Source of the DNA: Desulfocapsa sulfexigens DSM 10523 | GTDB lineage: Bacteria > Desulfobacterota > Desulfobulbia > Desulfobulbales > Desulfocapsaceae | Assembly: GCF_000341395.1 (NCBI RefSeq) | Contig: NC_020304.1 | Coordinates: forward strand, 3,930,001 to 3,962,000 | Reading direction: 5' to 3' | DNA length: 32,000 nt | Part shown: in pieces, positions 7,302 through 14,772 of the stretch | How the letters are laid out: each line of letters opens with the position of its first letter | Numbering within the stretch: position 1 is the stretch's first letter | The notes under the pieces: model-generated | What the model saw: the letters and a program-made list of their open reading frames with translations, nothing else | Database searches by the model: none | What the model was told of the DNA's origin: nothing | Made by a program: the position numbers and the translations under genes

Positions 7302-8912
7302 GGATATCTCCTCATTCTCTATTTTATGATAATAACGATTTCTACGATTGACATACGCCTTCAGAATGGCCGCCCTTATTCGATTAACATGACGCTCGGC
7401 TCGAATTCGTCTCATACATTGCTGAAACAGGGTTACGGGATATGGTTTCCCCTCAAAAATTGCCTGCATAACTGCCCCGGCTAGATTAGGAGGGACATTG
7501 CTAATCTTAAAGTCAAAGGCAGTATGGGATAATAATTTATGGAGTGAGAAGAACTCCTGATCTTTGCCAGAACGAACAATCTCAAGATCATCAAAGTGAT
7601 TCTTAATCTTTTCAGCAAACTTGAGAACCGTACCTTGTGACCAAAATCGTACCGAAATACGGGCAGCATTTGGAGATAGCCCCAACACATAAAAAGGGAT
7701 ATCACTCTCTGCAGCAAGGCTCCCTGTATAGATACTTTCATAAAGGGCTCGCACTGCCTTGATCCCTGCATCAGGATCATCACTATCCTTTGGAGGGTCA
7801 GTAAAAAACAGACTAAAATCATTCTCTATTTGAGTTGCCTTACCTGCCCAAAAGACGGTGGTTGCATCACCAACAAAAATACGATTATTACTAGTTAAAA
7901 GAGTTGATAGAGCTGTGGAATACGCTGCCTGGGCATATTTCCCGACAGGAGCATTAAACCCTTGCTCTTTGCCATAGGAATCATAACCAGAGTTTTTTTG
8001 AAAACTAACCAAACCTGCTGTACTTTTTCCTCCAGCAATAGCAGTTGCAGCATGAAGACGCTGAATAGGCTGTTTTTTCCCGGTGACCAGACAATACGCT
8101 TCACGAGTCTCCGTTTCATCAGGAACTAAGGCCACAGATTTTTGATAGGTTATAACCGCCTCCCGTTCAGCAATGCCCCCGGCATCACCATCAAGGCGAA
8201 AGGTAAGATTGCAGCCATTAATTTCTCGACAACTTGGCCAGGCATCAAAACCCGTAACTTTTTGATATTCAGCTGTTGCATAAAAAGACACAACCGCTGC
8301 AACTCCCTCATCCGCCAACAATTCAGGTGGAAGTGTGTTTATTGTTTTTTTAAAAGTACCAAGCTGTTTATCAGCCATTTCCTTATCTTTCTTATAAGAT
8401 GAAATAACTGTTGAAATCACCTTGGTCTCTTGCAAGTTTTCAGGAAGTCCTAAGAGAATTTTCCGAAATGAGCCAAAGCTCTGTATCGTTTTCTCAGCAT
8501 CGATTTCATATTTTTCACAAAACTGCAAAGCCTTAGCAATACCAGGTTCCAGTCTCTCTTTCTCAGACAGCAAATCAAATTGTTTCCGCACCTGCTTGAT
8601 CGTTTTAGCGGCATCTTTTTTACTTTCTCCTTTGAGGTGCCCCAAAACATAACCAAAATGATCCCACAATAAACATGCTGTTGCCCAAGCGTTCTGTCCA
8701 CTTCTACCCTGAACTTTAGGAAGCAAAAATTTTCTTCCCACCAGCTTTTTGCCATTCATCTGTCTGGTATCCTGCAGGTCTACAACCTTACCGTGCCGAT
8801 CAAGAACAATGACAAAGGGAATTTCTTTCCATGCAAAACCAATGGGCGCAATTTTTGAATTTGGTTCCGCCGCCCTGCGTTCATAATATTCACATAGTGC
8901 CTGCAAGATCAT
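6948..8912 (-). CDS. cas8c: Type I-C large subunit Cas8c (Csd1)
   Basis: 654 aa. It has the N-terminus [13 protein letters not shown] and the C-terminal motif [14 protein letters not shown], both characteristic of Csd1. It lies between cas5c and cas7c, and its ATG overlaps the cas5 stop (ATGA at 8909-8912). Confidence 0.9.
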   Translation of the reverse strand: MILQALCEYYERRAAEPNSKIAPIGFAWKEIPFVIVLDRHGKVVDLQDTRQMNGKKLVGRKFLLPKVQGRSGQNAWATACLLWDHFGYVLGHLKGESKKDAAKTIKQVRKQFDLLSEKERLEPGIAKALQFCEKYEIDAEKTIQSFGSFRKILLGLPENLQETKVISTVISSYKKDKEMADKQLGTFKKTINTLPPELLADEGVAAVVSFYATAEYQKVTGFDAWPSCREINGCNLTFRLDGDAGGIAEREAVITYQKSVALVPDETETREAYCLVTGKKQPIQRLHAATAIAGGKSTAGLVSFQKNSGYDSYGKEQGFNAPVGKYAQAAYSTALSTLLTSNNRIFVGDATTVFWAGKATQIENDFSLFFTDPPKDSDDPDAGIKAVRALYESIYTGSLAAESDIPFYVLGLSPNAARISVRFWSQGTVLKFAEKIKNHFDDLEIVRSGKDQEFFSLHKLLSHTAFDFKISNVPPNLAGAVMQAIFEGKPYPVTLFQQCMRRIRAERHVNRIRAAILKAYVNRRNRYYHKIENEEISVSLDKNNMNPAYRLGRLFAVLENIQKRAQGKETIRERFYGAASSSPVSVFPQLLKLKNHHLAKLKGGAGVYFETILGEIFSGIVEIPAHLPLDAQARFAVGYYHQRQDLFTKKEDKE

Positions 8913-9649
8913 TTGCGCACCTCTTCACTCTGCCAAGCTGGCACATCAATCCGCCCATTCACCATTTCAGGGCGATAAAAAGCAGGGATCGGATTTTCTG
9001 GATTGGTAAAATCCAAATCATAGAGCATAAAACCCAGATCACGATTATCTTGAATGGGCCTGGCCTTCTCCTGGTCTGGACGGTCAACAAGACGGAAAAA
9101 GGCAGAGAACTCACGGCAGCCTAGATATGGCTGGGTAAAGCATTGCCCCTTCCTGGCACGGCGTTCAAACATGGCTAAGTATTTACCGGGATTTTCATCT
9201 TTACCATTCTGCCAGGCATCCAGGCTTTCCTGAATTTGATCCTTTTCGCCATCATCCCAAAGTTGAACGGGGACCTGGCAGGCAATTTTCTTACGTTTAT
9301 CAACAGGTATATACTCAAGCCAGGCATGAATTCGGTAATGAACATCACGCAAAAATAAGCCTGCCCGTTGTTGCCTGTTCGATTCAATAAAGATTTCTTT
9401 TTTACTTCGAGATGCCAACGCCCCAACTTCATTACGGCGCACAGAGATCCAGTTTATAGGGTTTAACACCTCTATTTTTCGAATATGCCAGCGAATTGCT
9501 GGTTTCCAAAAGATTGCCTCAAAAATTGCCCGTGCCGAAGAAGGAGTGATGACATCATAACTGACCCGCTCAACCTTCATCTCTGGCCTAGTGAAGCAAG
9601 CGTAATCCCCCCACACTTCTAAGCAGAATGTTTTTTCATTTTTTCCCAT
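8909..9649 (-). CDS. cas5: Type I-C Cas5c (Cas5d) pre-crRNA endoribonuclease / Cascade subunit
   Basis: The sequence FCLEVWGDYACFTRPEMKVERVSYDVITPSSARAIFEAIFWKP is the Cas5d signature. I prefer the ATG at 9649 (246 aa) because GGAGG lies 8 nt upstream and that start does not overlap cas3. The ORF track's longest form starts at 9688. Confidence 0.9.
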   Translation of the reverse strand: MGKNEKTFCLEVWGDYACFTRPEMKVERVSYDVITPSSARAIFEAIFWKPAIRWHIRKIEVLNPINWISVRRNEVGALASRSKKEIFIESNRQQRAGLFLRDVHYRIHAWLEYIPVDKRKKIACQVPVQLWDDGEKDQIQESLDAWQNGKDENPGKYLAMFERRARKGQCFTQPYLGCREFSAFFRLVDRPDQEKARPIQDNRDLGFMLYDLDFTNPENPIPAFYRPEMVNGRIDVPAWQSEEVRK

Positions 9650-9665
9650 AGGCATTGCCTCCATC

Positions 9666-11939
9666 TTATATAATAATTGCCCCATCATTGGGCTTCATAT
9701 CCAACCCTACAAAGCCCAAGGTTTCATCATAGGCATAATCAACCGCCTGACACCAAATCCCCTGCACCTCTTCCACAACACTATCCTTAATTCCTGCGAA
9801 CTGTCGTTCAGGAATGCTAACCGTGAAGCGTTGCATCTTACGGAACAGCTTACGACTTGGGCCGTATTTTTTTAACTGGCCGATAAGCTGCTGACCACTC
9901 GTCTTGTCGCCAGAATACCAAACCACCACCGCCACCTGATTCTGGTCATCAATAAGTTTAAATTTTTGGGCAGCTGTTCGAAATTGAAATTCTCCGCGAC
10001 CAGCATCCTTAACAAGTAATGACTGCATGTCCTTTTGATCAAAACTGGCAACACCATTGCCATAAAACAATTTAAAATATCGCTGAAAAGTATCGGGCCT
10101 AAGATTTTCACAACCCTCGGGATCACGACGCATAATTTCTGAGCCAGCATCTGCTCCTTTTCGCAAGAATCCTGGAGGAGCAAGCTTAGGTGCTTGAAAA
10201 ACAACCACCTTGCCTTTTATCTTTTCACCATTCTCCTGCAATTCTCCTTCGCGATTACATCGTCCAGCAGCCTGGGCAATGGAATCAAACCCAGCCATGG
10301 CCCGATAAACCACCGGAAAATCAATATCAACACCAGCCTCAACCAGCTGTGTACTTATAACTCGAATAGGTTTTTTATTTTTTAGAGCTGATTTGATCTC
10401 AGCAATTATTTTGCTACGATGCTCACCACATAGATTTGCCGATAGTAGAATAGACTTTTCAGGCATAAGAGCATGAAGATCACGACAATCTTTCCGAGTA
10501 TTAACCACACAAAGAATCTGTGGATAAGTAGCCAGTTCATCGGCTAAACTCTCCCACTGTTCATATTTCCCCGCCTGCTGGACCACAACTCGTTGGAACT
10601 GCTGCCCGAGCCTTTCGGGGTCGTTAATAATTTCTCGAACCTTACTTCGATCTATGCCAGTAAATCTTGCGCTACCCGTACCAATCTCACCCGTTAAGGC
10701 TGGTTGAGTAGCAGTACACAGGACAATGGAGACATTAAAAGAATCAACCAGCCCCTTCATGGTAGTCAAAATTGGCTGAAGATACTCAGGGGGTAACATC
10801 TGGGCTTCGTCACAGATAATGACAGAATTGACGATATTATGCAGTTTTCTACATTTTGTACTTTTAGCAGCAAAGAGGGATTCAAACAGCTGAACATTTG
10901 TCGTTACAATTATAGGCGCGTCCCAATTTTCACTGGCCAACCTTGCCGCAACTGTTTCCTGATCAGGATCAAGACTGGAATGGTGTTCAAGGACATTTAC
11001 TTCACCAAAGATATTTTTGTACTCTTGGGCTGTCTGTTCAATAATTGAGGTATAAGGGATAACAATGATAATACGAGTTTTACCATGCCTAATGGCATGT
11101 TTTAATGCAAAAGCCATCCCTGAAAGGGTTTTTCCTCCGCCAGTTGGCACTGTCAGGCTAAAAAAACCGGGATCAAGTTCTGCCGCATTTTGACAATCCG
11201 CTAAAATTTCCTGCCTTAGAATATTCACCTTTGTCGATTCCGCTCCAGAAACGAGAGAATCCATATATGCATCAAATTTTGTCTTTAACTCGATAATAAA
11301 CTTCTGGGTGCTACGACAAGCATTCTTGTCTTTATCCATAAAGCCTTCAGTATCGAGGTAATCGGCATCAACCAGGCAAGAAAAAAGCATTCGTACCCAT
11401 AGATGAAAGATATCCAAACGTATCCCATCTTTACACGGCAGACTTTGAGGAGAAAGTAAACTATCAGTCCCCTCCTGTAGCCAACTCGCAGATAAAGAAG
11501 GAAGTTTATCCACCTCATCCTTTGTAAGACGGGTACTCAAACAGCCTCCCCCACCTATTTCATTCTGCCAATCCGGTAAGCCAGCATGATGGCCAGCAAT
11601 GAGATACGCAAAAACCCTTCCAGGCCCCTGCAAGTTTTCATTAGCCCAAACAGCACCATGACTTGAATGGTTTGGGCCATGACCAGGAACATTCCTAACA
11701 TAACCGTCACATTCAAATCCTGTTACTTTACGAATATACTCCTGAAACTCTGATGACCCTTTACCAAGATCATGGAGTAATCCTGCCGCCCGCCCCCAAT
11801 CAGAATTAAAGAATGATTTTGAAAAATTACCGGCATACAACGAAACTCCTTGCAAATGCTCTTTAAGGTAATGAGGAGATAATTTCTGTAATTCTTCATC
11901 AAACATGGCGTGGGCAATTTTCATTTCTGAGACACTCAC
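9666..11939 (-). CDS. cas3: Cas3 HD nuclease / SF2 helicase, type I
   Basis: 757 aa. It has an N-terminal HD domain (LLHDLGKGS ... HHAGL), helicase Walker A (VPTGGGKT), a DEAH-like box (ICDEAQ) and a C-terminal helicase lobe (AAGRCNREG). It is the first gene of the operon. The start is uncertain: GTG at 11939 or ATG at 11924. Confidence 0.93.
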   Translation of the reverse strand: MSVSEMKIAHAMFDEELQKLSPHYLKEHLQGVSLYAGNFSKSFFNSDWGRAAGLLHDLGKGSSEFQEYIRKVTGFECDGYVRNVPGHGPNHSSHGAVWANENLQGPGRVFAYLIAGHHAGLPDWQNEIGGGGCLSTRLTKDEVDKLPSLSASWLQEGTDSLLSPQSLPCKDGIRLDIFHLWVRMLFSCLVDADYLDTEGFMDKDKNACRSTQKFIIELKTKFDAYMDSLVSGAESTKVNILRQEILADCQNAAELDPGFFSLTVPTGGGKTLSGMAFALKHAIRHGKTRIIIVIPYTSIIEQTAQEYKNIFGEVNVLEHHSSLDPDQETVAARLASENWDAPIIVTTNVQLFESLFAAKSTKCRKLHNIVNSVIICDEAQMLPPEYLQPILTTMKGLVDSFNVSIVLCTATQPALTGEIGTGSARFTGIDRSKVREIINDPERLGQQFQRVVVQQAGKYEQWESLADELATYPQILCVVNTRKDCRDLHALMPEKSILLSANLCGEHRSKIIAEIKSALKNKKPIRVISTQLVEAGVDIDFPVVYRAMAGFDSIAQAAGRCNREGELQENGEKIKGKVVVFQAPKLAPPGFLRKGADAGSEIMRRDPEGCENLRPDTFQRYFKLFYGNGVASFDQKDMQSLLVKDAGRGEFQFRTAAQKFKLIDDQNQVAVVVWYSGDKTSGQQLIGQLKKYGPSRKLFRKMQRFTVSIPERQFAGIKDSVVEEVQGIWCQAVDYAYDETLGFVGLDMKPNDGAIII

Positions 11940-12010
11940 CTGTGCATTTTACCATTTGCTAAGAGTCTATTCCCTTGTGTCCTATTCATTCATCACCATA
12001 AAACCTTTGG

Positions 12011-12029
12011 GTGCTCACAGAGTGAGCAC
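12011..12029. promoter_or_regulatory. Perfect palindrome GTGCTCAC-N3-GTGAGCAC upstream of cas3. Candidate operator, or a hairpin.
   Basis: The 8-bp arms at 12011-12018 and 12022-12029 are exact reverse complements. A related third half-site follows immediately (GTGAACAG on the minus strand, 12029-12036). The palindrome lies about 72-90 bp upstream of the cas3 start. Confidence 0.3.
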
Positions 12030-12528
12030 TGTTCACTTTTTATTAAAAAAGAATATCTACCTTGCTGTCATTCGTACGCATAAGAATTTTCATCTTATGT
12101 TCAATTCATATAACAATGATTTTAATGTTTTCAACAATTTATTACCAATTTGTTTTCGACAATATCGGTCAACAACTATAATTTAAACCAGGGTTGTCAA
12201 ATCATTATCCTCGTAGAAATTGAAATCATTAACTAGTTGCAACCACAGGAGACTCGCCATGTAAAAATGACGAGATCGCACAAATGTCATTTTTTTTGCT
12301 CAGTTAATAAAAAACGTGGGAACATAGGTTTTAGTCCCTGCCTAAATACTTCCACTCGAACTCTCTATGTTCGCAACCTGCATAGAATAAAACCTCCCGT
12401 GTCAGCATATTTCAAAGTCATAGGTCCAAGGAAATTGCGCGAAAGAAAATCACTTCTTGACAATACAATAACAATAGACAATACCTTAAGATAACAATTC
12501 CCATAAACTCAACCAGGAGATTGAAGCT

Positions 12529-12936
12529 ATGACAGACAGAAGAAATTTTCTTAAAGGTGGAATAATTGCTGCCTCAGCTTTAGTAGTAGGATCGGTAAAT
12601 TTTGCAAGTGCTGCATCTGCGCCCTATACAAATATTGTTTATACGGCTGAAAACCCTGGAAAATGGGACAAAAAGGTGGGAAGTCACCTGCCATCAATTA
12701 CCGTGGAAGGGAGCAAAGTAACCCTTTTCACCAAACATGGCATGGCCGCGAAACATTATATCGTGAGGCATACGCTTGTTCTTGAGGATGGTACGGTTGT
12801 GGGTGGAAAAGTGTTCAGCGGCACTGATCCTGAAGCAAAATCAAGCTTTGAGCTGCCCGCAGGTTACAAAGGAAAAATCTTCGCTACCAGTTTCTGTAAC
12901 CTTCATGATTTCTGGGTTAATGAGGCAACAGTCTAG
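12529..12936 (+). CDS. Tat-signal superoxide-reductase-like (desulfoferrodoxin/neelaredoxin Fe-centre domain) protein
   Basis: 135 aa. AGGAGA lies 8 nt upstream of the ATG. A twin-arginine signal is present (MTDRRNFLKGGIIAASALVVG...ASA). SOR-type ligand spacing is seen: SHLP, KHGMAAKHYI and SFCNLHDFWVNE, the last comparable to the CN(I/L)HGLW of known SORs. Confidence 0.8.
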   Translation: MTDRRNFLKGGIIAASALVVGSVNFASAASAPYTNIVYTAENPGKWDKKVGSHLPSITVEGSKVTLFTKHGMAAKHYIVRHTLVLEDGTVVGGKVFSGTDPEAKSSFELPAGYKGKIFATSFCNLHDFWVNEATV

Positions 12937-13054
12937 CCCGAATTTCTCACGAACAAACACTCTATCGCAATGATAGTAACCTATGTATGTACAGTCAAAT
13001 AGGTATTCTTTTGCTTTTCGTTTATTTCGACAGAGTGTTCACCAAAGGTCAGCC

Positions 13055-13082
13055 GAGGAGGCACCGACTCCTTCTGTTTTTT
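13055..13082 (+). terminator. Weak candidate intrinsic terminator downstream of the SOR-like gene
   Basis: GAGGAG (13055-13060) pairs with CTCCTT (13068-13073), a 6-bp stem including one G-U, with a 7-nt loop. It is followed by CTGTTTTTT. Confidence 0.3.
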
Positions 13083-13217
13083 GATAGTGAATATAGCCAA
13101 CTATTATTCACCACAAAAACATTGAATTTGACACCGCCTGAACTGATGAGAAATACGGGTTAGAGTAAACCAGGAGAGTTTACCGATATAAAATACTTTT
13201 CTATTGTTATCCTCTGC

Positions 13218-13268
13218 GCCCCCTGTCATAATGATTCCTTAGTATTATGACAGGGGGCATTTTTATTT
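13218..13268 (+). terminator. Strong rho-independent terminator, specific to the + strand
   Basis: A perfect 15-bp stem is formed by GCCCCCTGTCATAAT (13218-13232) and ATTATGACAGGGGGC (13244-13258), with an 11-nt loop. It is followed by ATTTTTATTT. The reverse strand has no T-tract after the stem. Confidence 0.7.
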
Positions 13269-13319
13269 ACACAGTTCTCTGTTTCACCTGTCACCACTCT
13301 TGCGTCAAAGACATTCGAC

Positions 13320-14636
13320 ATGACTTCTTCAACATACCATATTGAAAAACTCCTCCATGGTGGCCTTGGTCTAGGGCGCAACGAGGATAAGCAGAAAATG
13401 CTGATCGAGGGTGTTATTTCCGGTGAAACAGTCGCTGCAAAAATCCAGTCACTGAAAAAAAACCGCAACACAGCTGTAGCTACATCAATTATCGAGCCGT
13501 CTTCTGAACGTATCAAAGCGCCCTGTCAATATTACAAACAATGCGGAGGATGTGACTTCCAGCACATGAATTATCCGCGGCAGTTGCAGGAAAAGCAGGC
13601 GATTCTAAAAGACTTACTCCAGCAGAGCGGAAACACCATACTTCAAGAAGCTGCCACCCAAATACTGAACGCACCTCTGCCCTCGCCATCCCAGACCCAC
13701 TACCGACAACGTATTCGTCTTCAGGTGGACAACAAGCAGACATTAGGATTCCACAAACGTCGCAGTCATGATTGTGTAGCCATAGAGAGTTGCTTACTGG
13801 CAACACCGAAAATAAATGATTGTCTACAGAAACTCTTGCCGCAGTATGCTTTTAACAAACTTCTCAACCAGACAGAAACTGTCGAAATACTGTTTGATCC
13901 AGACAGTTCAACTGTCACCCTCCTTATTCAGTTCAAACGCAAACCGCGCCCTGCCGATAAGCAGCATGCACAGGATCTGATTAACACAATTTCTGAACTC
14001 ACAAATATTTTCTTTATCGGTGATGGGTTTTCTGTAACAGGCAATGCTTCTCTTTCATTCACCCTGCCGCCACTCGTCCCTCACACCACAAAAACAGTGC
14101 AACTGTCTCTCGAAACGGGCGGATTTTGTCAGGTGAACGTGGAACAAAACACCAATCTGGTAAAAACGGTTCTCGATTTCTGCGCTGTCACAAAGAAAGA
14201 TACCATTCTTGATCTATTCTGTGGAATGGGCAATTTTTCCATACCTCTTGCGGAACGGTCACAGTCAGTTCTGGGAATAGAGGGGCAGGGCTCTGCTATT
14301 CGCAGTGCCATTAGAAACAGCAGCAATGCAGGACAGGACAACACCATCTTCAAGAAGCAGCCAATTCATGCTGCATGCTCGGAACTGGCAAAGGCTGGCA
14401 GCCTCTTCGATTGTATCATTTTGGATCCTCCACGACAGGGCGCTCCCGGCCTTGCCAGGGTGCTGAGCGCCCTCTGCAGGAAACGTCTGGTCTACATTTC
14501 CTGCGACCCGGTAACTCTCTGTCGTGATCTGGAAGACCTCTTACAATACGGATTTGTTATCAAGAAATTACAGCCCATCGATATGTTTCCGCAAACTCAT
14601 CATATCGAAACCGTGGCCCTCCTGGAAACAGCCTGA
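13320..14636 (+). CDS. rlmD: 23S rRNA (uracil-C5)-methyltransferase, RlmD/RumA family (TRAM + Fe-S + SAM MTase)
   Basis: 438 aa. It has an N-terminal TRAM-like region, the Cys cluster CQYYKQCGGCDFQH, SAM-MTase motifs (LDLFCGMGNFS, ILDPPRQG) and the catalytic region YISCDP. Confidence 0.85.
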   Translation: MTSSTYHIEKLLHGGLGLGRNEDKQKMLIEGVISGETVAAKIQSLKKNRNTAVATSIIEPSSERIKAPCQYYKQCGGCDFQHMNYPRQLQEKQAILKDLLQQSGNTILQEAATQILNAPLPSPSQTHYRQRIRLQVDNKQTLGFHKRRSHDCVAIESCLLATPKINDCLQKLLPQYAFNKLLNQTETVEILFDPDSSTVTLLIQFKRKPRPADKQHAQDLINTISELTNIFFIGDGFSVTGNASLSFTLPPLVPHTTKTVQLSLETGGFCQVNVEQNTNLVKTVLDFCAVTKKDTILDLFCGMGNFSIPLAERSQSVLGIEGQGSAIRSAIRNSSNAGQDNTIFKKQPIHAACSELAKAGSLFDCIILDPPRQGAPGLARVLSALCRKRLVYISCDPVTLCRDLEDLLQYGFVIKKLQPIDMFPQTHHIETVALLETA

Positions 14637-14772
14637 AATCACACCATTTCAAGCGATCTGCTCCGCGCTCTGCCCCTGAAAACCATTGACAGAATCACGC
14701 TTTGGCAGTAAACGAGTGAATGAAATCATTCCTTTTTTCATCCATCACCATCGATAAACATACAGAAAAATC

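Noticed and set aside
9650-9688. Longer cas5c form starting at 9688 (MMGQLLYKMEAMP...), overlapping the end of cas3 by 23 nt
   Set aside because: The ATG at 9649 has GGAGG at 8-nt spacing and starts just before the conserved Cas5d N-terminus (KTFCLEVWGDYACF). The upstream extension has no ribosome-binding site.
11905-12494. ORFs 11905-12186 (93 aa) and 12237-12494 (85 aa, very basic) in the cas3 / SOR-like intergenic region
   Set aside because: They have TTG or weak starts without a usable Shine-Dalgarno. Their composition reflects translation of AT-rich DNA (Ile/Asn/Phe/Lys/Arg-rich), and no motif was recognised. The first also overlaps the cas3 start in antisense. I treat them as non-coding, but a small basic protein from the internal ATG at about 12267 cannot be strictly excluded.
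14742-14766. GAATGA/TCATTC inverted repeat plus T6 between rlmD and lysS, as a possible terminator
   Set aside because: The arms are separated by only 2 nt, so the effective stem is about 4 bp. It is not credible as an intrinsic terminator.
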